64,000 nucleotides of DNA from Octopus sinensis (lineage: Eukaryota): the NCBI RefSeq assembly GCF_006345805.1, contig NC_043008.1, forward strand, positions 40,610,001 to 40,674,000, written 5' to 3'. Each line of letters starts with the position of its first letter. Position 1 is the first letter of the stretch. Of the stretch, positions 36,773-50,855 are shown in pieces. The translations under genes were made by a program, and so were the position numbers. A model generated the notes under the pieces. It was not told where the DNA came from. It did not search any database and saw nothing but the letters and a program-made list of their open reading frames with translations.

Positions 36773-39770
36773 CATATATACATTTAGTTTCTATATGTTA
36801 GTATTTTGTAGGCTTTCAAGTATTTGAATGGTGGTATTTTCTGCTGCAAATGTAATATAATCGCATATCTTTTCAAGCTTAATATATTTGTGGGTGGGCT
36901 TGAGATCAATACAACTAGAGCCTAAAACTAATTTATTTTCATCAGTCTTTGCTTCTGTTAAATTTATCCCCTTTACCAGGATGTATTGCCATTCAACAAC
37001 TGCATTTTTTTACATCTTTCGTCACTAACTTTTGTGCACATGGCGTATCTATGAAAAATCTGCAAGCTAAGGTATTTTGTAAATTAAATAAACAATTCAA
37101 AAATATTATTTGAGAATATTTTGTCCTAATTTTCTTTACGAGCATCACTAATATTCAACCTTTTAGCGATATTTAAGTACGTTAGACCCCATCTTAGATA
37201 ACCTATTAGATATAATTTTCTCTAGATTCTGAAAATGCAGGTATTGCGTCTGTTTACTTTATTGCACATCTAATTGCAATCTGACTTTTGGGATCTTGAT
37301 ATTTCTGAAATTTACTTCTCCGCCTGAATCAGATTTTATTATCTATCCCTTGGTATTAATCTTCTAATAATTTCACACAATCATTCAAAATTTCAAATAC
37401 AATTTTCTGAACCCCAATATTATATGGCGCCATTAAAGTGAAAGATATCAGTACACCACAGCTGAGATTGTTTATCTGCACTTTAAGTGATTTGCATTCC
37501 ATATAATTCCCATTTTATTATTTCTGCAGCATTGATGTTCTTATTATTATCATTAGTACTACAATTATTCTTCTGAATGACATAATCGGCGGACAGAGCG
37601 TCTCAAGCTATTCTCTTACATAATTTACGATTTGAAATTTTGCGTGTATGCATTCTTTCTTGGGAGAGATAAAATAAGTAACGTTCAATCAAATACTGGG
37701 TCGTTTTTATAAGTTTAGCTATATTACACACGATTCTTATTAATACCTTTATCCCTTTTGGCATTGTCCCTTATACATCAGTGATCGATAATCTAACTAC
37801 CTGCAATGAACTCTATTGGGAAAAGTATAAATTCCTGCAAAGAGCGTTTGGATTTTACTTTATATTTTAAATTAGTATCCATAGCAACAAATATGGGCAT
37901 TGGATTGGGAACAAAATCGTCATTGCACATCACACAAGTTGTAAAGGAATCGGTTTTCCTTCTGATTCGTGATGTTCGAATTATGTTATATTCCAAAGAC
38001 TTCTTAATAGCATAAAGAATGCAAAGTTTAAAGAAACTTCAGTCTTTATAGACATTTGTTTTTAATTTCAACACATCATTGTTGTTAAGCAAAGAAGAAA
38101 ATGAGTGACAACAAAACACGAGCATTTATAGAGTGTGTAGAATTTCAAATATGTCAGAGGACAAAGGAGTTAGTTTTCACGGAAATAAATTACAAATTTG
38201 CAAGTAATTCAAACGGTACAGGAAATACTCACAACGACAATATCACTGTGAAGTCTTATTGCATATGAAAACTTGTCTGCCCCTTATTAATAGTAATTAA
38301 TCGTGTGCAATTATAGATATTGTTCCTTTGTCTTCCATATGTTGCCTTTCGGACATCTAGCTATCACCTACGCCGTTTACTAAGAAATAGACTTATAGAG
38401 CCGTCTCAGTGGCAGGTAGGTGTACTGATTCGAGAGTGAATATTGCATTACCCAAAAATATTTCTTTAGTAATTGTTTGTCTAGTTTGTTCATCAGTGAA
38501 TCAGCCAGATGCAGGTCTCGCAGTTAAATTTATCATTGTTTACATTAGAATACTTATTGGCATCTATCGCAAAGACTGAAACTTAAGTGGTTAATACAAC
38601 ATAATATTTATACAAAGTTCTAATTATACAAGTTCGCTGGAATGTTAATAATGGCATGAACTGGAATTGTAAAATCACAAAAGAAAATATTCTACTTAAA
38701 GATGTTTAGCAGATTATTTCAGTCTAGCTTTGATGAAGACATGCCATTGGAAATTATTTTATAAATAGGAACAGAAAAGCAAAAGACAGACTCATCAAAT
38801 ATACAGCAGTCCTGCTTATTAGCACAATAAAATATTTCAATCGCTTCCGTTCATGCAAACAATACATTCATTCTGGAATCTAAACCTTGAAAGTAATCAA
38901 CAAGCAATCCTTTATTGTATGTACAGTACTAAGTTCGTTTGTTGATATTAATATTTTTAGTTTTTTTTTTAAATATATTTTCATCGATACTAATGTAATG
39001 ACATTGTAGTCGTTTTTAATTTATACTGTAGTTATAAATATTCTGATTATTGACTATTTGTTTCTGATTGATCAATGTCACAGAAGACCCGATGCTAAAT
39101 CTTATATTCGATATGTTTGAATGTAGTAATATAACGATAAGTTTTTTTGCAATATCGAGTTCAATTTCCCTGTTGATCTTTCTAAAGTTATTCAACTGCG
39201 TATCTCTGAACAGCTTAAATTCACTGAAAGTAGAACTATGTATCGCACATATTGATTGCTGTCATTTTCAAATATTCCACTTCAGACGTTAGGACAACGC
39301 ACTAAAACTAGGCAGTACAGTGCAGAATAGAAAGAGTAAAGCACCTATAACAATTGTGAGCGCTTATATTACTGAGACAGTCTTTCGAAGACGGAATTTT
39401 CCCCTCATATATTCTGTGACAGTGAAACATTTTAAAGTCGACCAAAGTCTCTGTTTCGTGAGAATCCTATTGTAATGATATTAATCGATAAATGCATCTT
39501 CCAAACTTGGATATTTCACTTACACAGCTGGAAAACTGATCACCAAATAAGCAAAAGCCCACAGACAACGTAATTAGGATTAAGTCGTTAAATGTGTATT
39601 TTCGCAATTTCTCGAGTTTATTTCGAATTGATCTCATTGGTTATCCTGGATTGTCCATCAATGTTTTGCTTAACTTCCTGAGTAAATGTCCTGTTAGAAT
39701 CAGAAAGTTTGAAATGTTTTTTTTTTACGATTTGATACAAGTAATATGATTTCGTCTTTCTCTAACTCAC

Positions 39771-39909
39771 ACTGAATTTTGTGGACAAGAGATATTGCAA
39801 CTTTCAGAAATAGAGAAATTTCTAAATCACAATACTTAGCCATGAAAGCCACAAACACAGCATGACTTTTCATTTCATTAGTAAGCATAGGGCCTGTCAT
39901 TGTTATGTT
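39771..39909 (-). CDS. Candidate internal exon of an unidentified gene (139 nt)
   Basis: CTTTCTATTTCAG acceptor, GTGAGT donor and a single open frame, NITMTGPMLTNEMKSHAVFVAFMAKYCDLEISLFLKVAISLVHKIQ. No recognised homology. Confidence 0.18.
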
Positions 39910-41329
39910 CTGAAATAGAAAGTCAGTAAAAATTAAATTAAATAATAACGAAAAATGCTTGCCCCCTCCAATAACGTCCGCATCCTGTATATATACACAT
40001 ACACACACATGCATGCGTGTATGATTTGGTTGTGTGTGTGTAAAAATGTGTTTACCGTAATAGATCAAGGGCAATAAATTTATATTCTAAAGATGTGTGG
40101 TTATGAAATATGATATTTTACTATCGTTTCATATATAATATATTCCATATCGGACTTCGGGTATAACAATTTTTGCAGTAAAAGCACATAGAATACGAAC
40201 TGTTTGTTATATTGATATTTCTTTTTATTATTTCAAATATGCACCTACGTCCTTAACTTAAAGACCTACAATGTTTGCTATCAATTTCAGTATCTGAAAT
40301 TAATGTTGTGTTGGCGCAGAACATATTTAGCTTCCTGTATTTCTTTTTACAGATGATTAAATCTCATCGGCATCTCTAAAAACATCCCTAAGTAAAAAGG
40401 TGTAACGAACATCAATAACAAGGAAGAAGATCATAAACGTGATAGCAAATTTGTAATTGCGTGAAATCCTTTACATCAAATATCGTTCTTAAGCACACAA
40501 TCTAAAATTACGTCCGTGAATGTCATTAGAAAGGGAAAAAAATATCTATCCAGAAAAGCGTTCATTAGGCTTCATAAAATCTGTAAATCATATAATAAAA
40601 CATTTCAATCAAAAATATTTCAAGGCAAATTAATATATGGGTAGTAACTTTTCAGTCATTTATTATTAAATGCTAAGTACTATCAGGTAGTGAACATATA
40701 AATTGCATTCGTTTCATATGTTTATTACAATACGTTTCATGCCAGAATCGCTAAAAACGCTGCCTGAATGTTATATGGTATTTTTACAATTCTTTAATTT
40801 CGGGGAAGAAACTATATCTCTATTTCGGTAAACGTAATATATAACGTCAGTTAGATATTCCTTATGCTTTAATGAACTAAACCCTGTACCACGAATCTCA
40901 GGTTTTATGCATAGAAAGACTTTTTCGTGTTTTGAAAACGAAGACTCGTTAAAGCATTGCGATATTTCTCCAGGCCGTGTACGCTGATTTCAAACCAAGG
41001 AATTTAAAAAAAAGTTTTCATCCCTTGAAGATCAATAAATTACAGTACTACTACCGTCGATGTAATTGATTAAGCTCTTCCCTCAAAATCTGTTGACCTG
41101 TTGCCTAAACCAGAAATTGTTCGATAAATATTGTAATCGAGAATATATTCTATTATTTACGTTTTGGTTTCAAATTCCACTCAACACTCTAAACTATTTT
41201 CACTTGAATCCTTCCAGGTCGGGGAATGGTTGAAGTTAATAAAATCGAAAACATATACTTAAAATCTGGTTGCGTTGTTTTTAATTAGAAAAATAAGGTT
41301 CCCTGTTTGCTAAAGGAAGCGTGAAAATG

Positions 41330-42782
41330 ACATGTAACCACGAGGCCTAACGACGAAGATAGATAGTTGATTAAGAAACAAAAATGAGCCACGCTTGTTT
41401 AATCAAGAAACTTTGAACGATTTAGTAAGGGACCTAGCATTATCAACGGAGAAAACAGAAAATTGGGGGATCCAAACTACGGAATCCCCTACAGCAACGT
41501 ACGAACATTGCCATTTTCTGTTCTCTCCGTGAAGGTTTATCTGTCTTTTTCAAGCAAGAAAATAATGCTTGTTTCTGTACTGACGTTAATGAACTAATAC
41601 CAAAAATGGGACACATGCATGTGGCTAACGAATAGAAATTATTTATAGACTTGAGTAAAGTTAGCTCCCAAGCTTCGTAATGGTAATGAAAAACTTTTCC
41701 TTCCTGTAGGTCATGTCGTCTGTATGGAAGAATTGATGTAACTCAATCTGAAAGGAGTGAATTACTCAGTTCATAAGTTGAATACTTGTGGTGATTTAAA
41801 GGTGATTTCCCTCCTCCTAAGACTTCAGCTGGGATATACCAAAAGTATGTGCTTTTTTTGTGTTTGGAACAGCCACCACGACAGCAATCATTACACTGTA
41901 AAAGACTAGCCTAAAATATATGATCGCATAGTTGGTCGGTACAATGTGTAGCACATGCCACTGGTAGACCTGCAGCAGATCTTCCTTCCACCCCTTCAAA
42001 TCAAACTCGGCCCTATGAAAAAGGTCGTAAAAGGGATGACACGCGATGGTTGTGGCTTTCAGAACCTAAAAGCAAAATTTGGTGCAGAGAAAAGTGAGGC
42101 AAAACTGAAAGTAGGCATTTTCATTGGATCCCAGACCAGAGAATTGATGTCTGATAAGAAATTGTGTTGAGCCCACATGGAATTCGTCCGTGTCAGTTAT
42201 ACAGAACTTTCTTGGAAAACATAGAGCTGAAAACTATGGTGATTTAATAAAAAAAAAACATGCAAATAGCGTATGAAAGTATGGGATGCCGAATGTTCCT
42301 TAAAATGCACGTTTTGCATACTCATCTCGATTTTTTCCAAGGTATCTTGGTGCCGTTAGTGAGGAGCATGGTGAAAGGATCCACCAGGGCATATCTGAGA
42401 TGGTATCAAGGCCGTTTCAATCTACACATCATGGATGACTAGTGCTGCTTCCTACAACGGGAGAGCAGCACGACGCATAAGCGCAACAGCAAGAGTCTCA
42501 AACATTTTTTAGCTGAGCATATCAAAACTAAAGCGAGTATTCCCTTAACATAGATATACTATGTACCATTATATTATAATGCAATTTGCCTTGAACATAA
42601 ATATACTATTATAATAATTATTTACCTTGAACCTAACACTTCCTGATAGTAATGTAGTATTAATATATACTTATGTGCATAATTCAAAATCCTGACGTGC
42701 TACAACAATTCTGAGTTCAGATTCGAAATCAGCGCATTCGATTTAGTTTAGTACGACATACATATTTTTGTGGGCCAGCGTA
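41330..42782 (+). mobile_element. Chapaev-like (CMC superfamily) DNA transposon relic
   Basis: EPRLFNQETLNDLVRDLALS.EK, CGDLKVISLLL.LQLGYTK..CFFCVW, PLVDLQQIFLPPLQIKLG.MK..VK, KFGAEKSEAKLK.GIFIG, AYESMGCRM.LKMH.LH.HLDFF and SEEHGERIHQ. The end TTTTTGTGGGCCAGCG resembles a ..CCAGTG terminus. Family name is from recall of these motifs. Confidence 0.7.
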
Positions 42783-43375
42783 ATCACAACTATTTTTACA
42801 ATGGTCCCAGGATGAATTTTTGCTGTGGTATCTGTGAGAAACATCCATAGACCTCGGGATAATGTATAGTGTTAGGTGTCCCGGTATAGATTACAAATTT
42901 TCATTCATACCCAATGCTTCAATTATTATTGGCGTTGTTTTGACGTTCATGCCCTGCTTTTTGAATGGCATGCCTTCGAGATCTTTGTACTTTAAATGAT
43001 CTCTCTAAATCTTTCGGGGAAAATTTGGGCTTGAAGTGACTGCGATGTTAATCTGTAAGCATGTATTATTATTGTATTATTATTATCATTATTATTTTTT
43101 CTTTTAATCTGCATGTTTCTTACAGTCACTTGCTGAGACACCCACCATCCTGGGCGAATGAAGAGGGTAAGGGATGTTACAGTATAACTGAAAGCCTGAG
43201 GAGGGGAGGTAGCGAAGTATTTTCATGTAATACAACCCAAACATTTGAATTGACGGGTTTTTTCTAAGGGAGTGGGCAGTTTTTGTCGGCACAATCTTTT
43301 GGATTTTTCTGAGAAATGGTTCTCCTGAGATATAATCTAGATGTTTCTGACATTTCTTTCATATCATACCTTTTG

Positions 43376-43714
43376 CCCCCCTTCGGTCAGACATTGACCA
43401 TGGGTTTGTACCTAGAGAGTTACCCTCTGAGGCACAAGTCTGGGCAAGGTTGTTTTATGGAAGACCAGCAGTCGCCAATGCATACCGGCCTCCCCTCACC
43501 GCGTCACCGATGTTGTCCAAGGGATGGGCAAGGGCCGATACAGCTTGGCACCTGTGACGTCGCAACTCATTTCTACAGCTGAGTGAACTGGAGCAACGTG
43601 AAATAAAGTGTCTTGCTTGCTCAAGAACACAACACGCAGCCCGGTCCGGGATTCGAGCTCACAACCTCACGATCGTAAGCTCGACGCTCTAACCACTGAG
43701 CCATGCGCCTTCAC
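43376..43714 (-). mobile_element. SINE family D
   Basis: Reverse complement of 27873-28208 with scattered differences. Confidence 0.92.
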
Positions 43715-43815
43715 ATACTTCCCGTCAATCTGCGTCCGCGATTTCTAATTATCATTTTATCAACTAATAAGTGATCTTTTGTTGTCCTTCTTCGTAACCT
43801 GCACCCTGTCTGCAA

Positions 43816-43876
43816 TTTTAGTCCTGATGACTCCCCCGCCGGAACTTTTAGTCCTGATGACTACCCCGACGACAAC
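43816..43876 (+). repeat. 2x 30-bp tandem repeat TTTTAGTCCTGATGACT.CCCCG.CG..AAC
   Basis: Directly visible. Confidence 0.85.
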
Positions 43877-44456
43877 TTAACTGTTAACAGTTCCAGTCCC
43901 GTTGGTGCACTTTTGGTTGTTATTTAATTTTGACATCACTCATTAAATGTAGTTTTTGTAAGGTTGTACGATCAAGAGTATTTTTATGGTGACACCATGA
44001 CTGGGTGGGTTGCTAGCCAAAGTTCCAACGTGTACATTATTTTCAGTGCTAGTCTCGTTCAGTCAATTGTGTTATAACTTTGTATTTGATATTTTCACTC
44101 CTGCGAATTTTGGTGCAGAGATGACACGACCATCGGTGTGTTTATTGAATCAGCTCGTCTAGAGGGTTGCTGACCAAGGTTAAATCGACCCCTCCTCCCA
44201 CGTGACAAGCTCAATCCCGCTATATGCCAGCCTGGTATTTATAGGACTCGGTGTTGGCTTACAGGTATTGTACTTTGCCCAACGGTGACCTGAAGGTAGT
44301 TGTGGTTAAGGGTGACCTTCTACTTCCTACGTCGTAACGCCGGAGCCATATGAAGCTTCATGCCATGCCTGGAGCCTGTTATTATTAGTATTATTATATT
44401 TTTGCTTTTATTGTTGTTGGTGGTATAAGCTATCATAATAATTATCATGATCATGA

Positions 44457-44515
<59 letters not shown>

Positions 44516-44628
44516 TAATATTTTATTCATTATTATTATTATTATTATTATTATTTAATATTTTATTCATTATTATTATTATTATTATTATATTATTATT
44601 ATTATTATTTAATATGTTATTCCTTAAA

Positions 44629-44664
<36 letters not shown>

Positions 44665-44725
44665 TAATATTTTATTCCTTAAAATTATTATTATTATTAT
44701 TATTAATTGTTGTTGTTGTTGTTTA
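44457..44725. repeat. (ATT)n tract with higher-order unit (ATT)k-TAATATTTTATTC, ending in (GTT)n
   Basis: Directly visible; the interruption motif recurs about 4 times. Confidence 0.92.
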
Positions 44726-47598
44726 TCGATCACACGGACCTCTTAAGAGAATACCGAAAAAAGGCTACATATTTTTTTCGAAGCTTTCATACTTAAATTG
44801 TTTTCCGTTTTGCTATACGTTAAAAGAAATTGAACTCTTAGCGGGTATTGCTGTTTTAGGATTGGACAAAACCGTTTCATATCATATTAAAATTAGGGTG
44901 TTTCCTTTGATATCAACATGGCTTTTATTTCCATGCGCGAGACTAATGAAAAGGGCAATTAAGCTTTGGCAAATGCAAATATTGATTTACATGATTTTTG
45001 ATATTATGAGCAAAAACAATATCTGTCAAAACTCATTATTGAATGAGAATGTGCGATGTTAGTCAGCTGCTGGAGGGGAAAAACACAACTAAAAAGAGAG
45101 TCCATCATTGCAATATTATTCAAGTACGGGAGAAGACAACCACAACTCATCGCTGCTCCATCAAGCACGGAGCGATTCCCACATACGCTAAAAAATATTT
45201 CAGGTGAATGAAAGTGTAACTTGCGTATGTAGACAAGTTATTTTCATTCATTAGGAAGAGGCATACAGCTAATTGTGCCTGGCCTTGGAAACTGAGGAGA
45301 GTTAATGGAGACAGTTAAAGCTAACATCTCTAGCGGCTGGCCGCACTCTGATGGCTTGTGATATATGAGGTCCATAGAGAATAACATGTTTGTAGTAGCT
45401 GACTCTAGATTTGTGTTTTTTTACCTCATCAATTTGAGCGTTGGGACAAGCAAATGATTTGTGGTTGTATGATGTTTGCGTGGAATTTTAAGTCCTGATA
45501 CAAGTCGAATAATATAATTTAAAATCAGAGCTTTGTCACTTGTGCATGTAGAAAAAAAGCGATAAGTTATGGGATTGAAGCATTAGCAGTAGATTACACA
45601 GGTAGTAGAAAATACCCATCTGTGGTACTTTTACACAATAGATACAAATATTTGAAACAGAGTAAAGGAGCGACTGCACAGTTATAAATATACTCAAACC
45701 CCAGGAAAGAGCTTCAAGATGAAGAATAATCGATGTCAGATGACAATCTTTGTTTACTGTAAATATAGGTTAGGCATATTTGTAAGTAAAATGGACGTTT
45801 CCTTTTTCAATAAAAGAAAATCCTTACGTAAAAGTTCATACGGGTTTGCAAAACGATTCTCTAAAATTCATTTTGATTTTGTATAATTACAATAATACTC
45901 AATTTGCGACCTCACAATATTCTATAGTATTTTCCTTCGTACCTTCGAATTTTTGTATATTTGTATCCACACAGTTAACAGTTTAGTAATACCAAATCTT
46001 ATATTTATTCGGCTTTCATTCGATTGACAAATGTTTTAGAACACAAAAAATAAAAACATATCGTTTTCAGTTTTGACACTTCCAGATCCTAGTTCCAATG
46101 CCGTCAATGTCAACACTGTCTTGCATCATCTCGAAGAAGAGATATAAAACTGATGCCAAGCACAGGATTTGTAGAATAGTAAAAGATGCCGCACAAGAAG
46201 TCGCGGTGTTTTCGGATCCTTGCGTAATATGAGTTTTTGGATGGTACACTTGATCCGTTACCTACGTCAACACCACTAACTCTTCCTAGGGATACATTTG
46301 CTGTGTTTAATCTGTTGCAACCATTTCCTCTTGGTTTTCAAATTGAGGATATATTATTCTTATCTGTCAATTATCTGTTAGTCCTCTAAAAAATTGCACA
46401 AAACGGTGTCGATGGTCACTGCTAAAGTGACCGGTAAAGCAAATGTATTCGGATGTGGAACGTTTAGATGAAAAAGTAAATGCATAACAATGTTATGTGA
46501 CAAATGCACCTTTCTTATCTTGAGTTTCCAAGTGTCCAAACAAATGCAAAAAGAGAAGAAAATTAAATTAAGACTGCACCGTCAAAAGCACAAGGGATCT
46601 ATTGAGATTTCTAAAGAATAACAGTTCACATGCCTTCCTGATACCTTGAATGAGATATTTTCGATTGTTTTATGAAGAGCATATCACACGATATATTTCG
46701 AATTTATAGCTGTATCTTGGGCGAAGATATAAGCACATTTATTTCATCGCACACATGACTACAGATACATTATGTTGAATCTGGGATGAAGAAACACAAA
46801 GAGCGCCGTAAAAGATAACAAGTATTGTGTTTACAACATCAGTGATGAAGTTAGAAATCTTGTAATTAACATCTGTATAAATATATTTTTTAATATTTAT
46901 CAGAATGATAGCGGGATTACTTCATAACAGTTTGATCTTTGAAAGAATGTGTTTAATCACGGAGTGAGTTTTACATTTGAACGCGTCCGTCGGTATAGTG
47001 ATGAATATGTTCTGAGATGTCATTTTTGTTGTACCCTGCTACACCACTTTATAGTAATACCTAGGTTTGTCCATCAGTATTTGTATTGTTGTACATTTTC
47101 TGAACACTGGATATTTACATGCATTTATGAAATTTACTCTATGAAACTTTACCATTTGGCTAATTCTTTTTTTCTAAATGAAGGCGCAGCAACACACGGT
47201 TGAAGATTGTCAGTTACATTTCGGTGGACCGTGCATTCTTTAACTCGTTGAAAGGAAATCATTACAAAAGCAAAAGCGTTAAGTGCCTTAAGCAACACAG
47301 AAATAAAATTTAATTCTTGATGAAATTTTCAGTATATTACAACTGATATTTTACGACTTGCTCTGAACTAACTGAAATCTTGGGGGATCAAATCGATGTT
47401 ATCTTCAGCTTTATTACACTCATCAACATCTGCAGCAATAATCCTAATCTCTAACAATGACTGTTATACACATGTATTGCCACAATGAAGAAAATCTCTA
47501 TCATAAATTTTACAAGAGAACAAGATAATTGCTAACGTAATGCCATGGATTATGCAGGAATCATATCATTTGGATGCACTAATGTCATCGATACTCAC

Positions 47599-47738
47599 GA
47601 TTGTATTTAACAATTTGCTGCACTTAATATCATTCGCTCCGTCATTATCGGATTTCCTTGACAAATTACACTCCACGGAAGCGACTTGTTTGCGACTACG
47701 CTCTTCTATGTTGTACACAAAAAATATATGCAATTGTT
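47599..47738 (-). CDS. Candidate internal exon of an unidentified gene (140 nt)
   Basis: ACTTTCACAG acceptor, GTGAGT donor and one open frame, (E)QLHIFFVYNIEERSRKQVASVECNLSRKSDNDGANDIKCSKLLNTI. No recognised homology, so it could be chance. Confidence 0.2.
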
Positions 47739-49650
47739 CTGTGAAAGTATTGTGAGTATTTCGGGAGGTTATTTAGAGTGATGTTTGGTCTATGTTATGA
47801 TTAAAAAGAGATTTAACTTACTTAATTATTTTGTTGTAGATTTTGTACAAAATTAACAAACCCAGTAGGCCTCTATACTTGTTTTCCGAGTTGCTCGAAA
47901 CAGCAACCATTTCATCATACTCCAACACATCGCACTCGCCCTCTTTAAAAGAGTACTATAGATTACTTACTCTAGTTTAATACTCGTCCAAAGTCAGGAG
48001 TTTCATGGAATTTATTTGAATTTATGACTGCATAGTCTCGGTGAATCTGGGCCCCAAGGAATCAGAAAAATAGATCGAATCCATAAGACAACATAGAAAA
48101 CTATTTGTGTAATCTCACAAATATACAACCGAAAGAATGATATCTCCTGCAGAAATAGCACACCACCGTTATAAAATATTTTTTACAAATGGTTTGGACG
48201 TAACTGAATACTGTTTGACTATATACCTGCTACATCAAATTTGACCGGATTAAAAACACCGACTATCATTTTGGTATTGTTGATGCTTTCGAATGAGATA
48301 ATGCAACATATGTCATCGTTTTCTAAAGTATCACATGGCTGCAAGGTGACACTAGAATACTTATGTGTTAACTTACATGATCCAATATATTTTTATTCTT
48401 ATTATAATTTTATAGCAATTGAAGGGAAAATAGACATGAATTTTCTACACTAGGTATGTTCCCAGGAATTGCAATGCTGTGACTGGATCAGGAATTATTA
48501 TGGTATTGAGAAAATATTTTGTATACTTCAATATTCCATATAAATAGACTAGGATTTTTGAAAAAGCGTTTTAGAAAAAGTATTACATCATAAAAATCGT
48601 TTTCCGAAAATATAAAAATAAATCGCAATGGATTATTGAGAATCAGGGTCCTGCAATTTTACACTAATTGACACGCTGAGTGTATCAATGTGCGCTGTAA
48701 GGAATCGTTTAGTAAAATAAATGCTAAAAAAACTGACATAGCCTTCAAACAGTGTGCACAATATCTGGAAAATCAATTATCTTTCTACGGTTTCCTATTA
48801 ATTATACTCTTAGAACTTAATCAACAGCAACCAAACTTGTCACAAATCTCGCTATAACATGCATTCACAGATCTGGACAGGCGGCGTTTGTAAACAAATT
48901 AGTTACTTCTTCAATGTCTTTCATCATGGGAAAGCCTCGTATATTATGTTCATGAATGAAAGAACCAAAATGATATAACTTTGCCATTTTAATTAGAAGA
49001 ATATCTCAAATGCTGTCATATAATACAGACTCTTCAAATCTCAGCAGTTCTTTGTTTTAATCGCATACAACAAAAGATTACCTGTGAAAAAGTCTTGCCA
49101 TACTCACCGATTCTATTGATGAGAACGCAGTGATATGTGGTTTGATATTTTTTGTAATAGTTTCAATATATAACCAACAAATATCGTACTTAAATGTTGG
49201 TGCAACATTTATAAATCTCACTGAATTTATAGATAAATGTATCGAAAGAGCAGAGTCTGTGCAACCTCATCTACGCATCTGATAGAAACATCAGATTTTA
49301 AAACAGATTTCAAAGCAAATCACTTTCTAATGTATTATTACAGGTTAGTATTGAGTAAGATGGATGTATTGAAACAAAACAGCGTGACAGATGTACACTG
49401 GCTACAGTTTATGCCAAAATATCATCTTCATTGTAGTCCTATTGAGAAATTAATGACTATCCCCGTAATTACAATTACAATGTTGAGCAAGGAACCGGTT
49501 GCATTGTCTCGGTGGAAAATTGGGGAGGCCGATAGAAATAGCACCAGGAGAAAATATAAGTCCTTGAGTGGTCGATTTTTTAGACAGTACGCTTCCATGG
49601 CCATAATGAAATGACAAAATGGCCGCAGTAAAATGACTTTTCTTAACTCT

Positions 49651-50046
49651 TTTTTTTACTTGTTTCAGTCATTTGACTGCGGCCATGCTGGAGCACCTCC
49701 TTTAGTCGAGCAAATCAACCCCGGGACTTATTCTTTGTAAGCCCAGTACTTATTCTATCGGTCTCTTTTGCCGAACCGCTAGGTGACGGGGACGCAAACA
49801 CACCAGCATCGGTTGTCAAGCAATGCTAGGGGGACAAACACAGACACACAAACATATACACACACACTTATATATATACATACATATATACGACAGGCTT
49901 CTTTCGGTTTCCGTCTACCAAATCCACTGACAAGGCATTGGTCGGCCCGGGGCTATAGCAAAAGACACTTGCCCAAGTTGCCACGCAGTGGGACTGAACC
50001 CGGAACCATGTGGTTGGTTAGCAAGCTACTTACCACACAGTCACTC
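49651..50046 (-). mobile_element. SINE family E, full length
   Basis: TTTTACTTGTTTCAGTCATTTGACTGCGGCCATGCTGG...GGGACTGAACCCGGAACCATGTGG..CCACACAG; the tRNA-like head lies at the right end. Confidence 0.9.
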
Positions 50047-50454
50047 ATAAATAAAAGTTAAAAGATAAAAGATAAAAGATACTTTCTGCAGCCCAGCTCA
50101 TGTATGCTGGTGAAACAATATTTATTAATTAAAAAATAATAACTTCTTCAAATATCCTGTTCCTGCTTTTTATTTTATTTTTATTTTAGATTTCCTCTTA
50201 TTCTACGGCTTTGAATGTGACAGTAATATCCTAGTTAAAGCAGATATTTTATAATAGAATTTGTTTTCTACATGAAGCGTGTATAAATGCGCTCCAAGAG
50301 GTCATTTGCAAATGGTTCCCACGTAAGAAACCCATAAGTATTATACTCTCCCTGATAGACTGCACACACCGGCTACATAGCTTGTGCGCCTATTGAGAGG
50401 GACTTGAATACTTTGTTAGAGATGACAGCAATAATAATTACACGCGCACACACA

Positions 50455-50465
50455 TTTATATATAC

Positions 50466-50547
<82 letters not shown>

Positions 50548-50579
50548 TATATATATTATATATATATATATATTATATA

Positions 50580-50623
<44 letters not shown>

Positions 50624-50755
50624 TAATATCACGGGATCACGGGACCGACCAGACCATCAGATGTTGTTACACATCGCTGGTCACAATGTGTTCGCATTGT
50701 TTTAGCCTTCGAATGACGCCACCCGCTGGCTAAGCGAGCAGGCCAATATATATAA

Positions 50756-50806
<51 letters not shown>

Positions 50807-50855
50807 TGTATACATATATATACATATATATATGTATGTATATATATATATAATA
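50455..50855. repeat. (TA)-rich microsatellite containing a SINE-B1 tail fragment (50628-50746, minus strand)
   Basis: Directly visible; the fragment matches 7215-7337. Confidence 0.9.

Noticed and set aside
47370-47435. Minus-strand ..GCAG|ATGTTGATGAGTGT (DVDEC), resembling a calcium-binding EGF exon start
   Set aside because: No further cysteines follow, and a stop occurs after 15 more codons.
49237-49614. 125-aa plus-strand ORF
   Set aside because: It has no recognisable domain and no clear exon boundaries, so it cannot be distinguished from chance without homology data.
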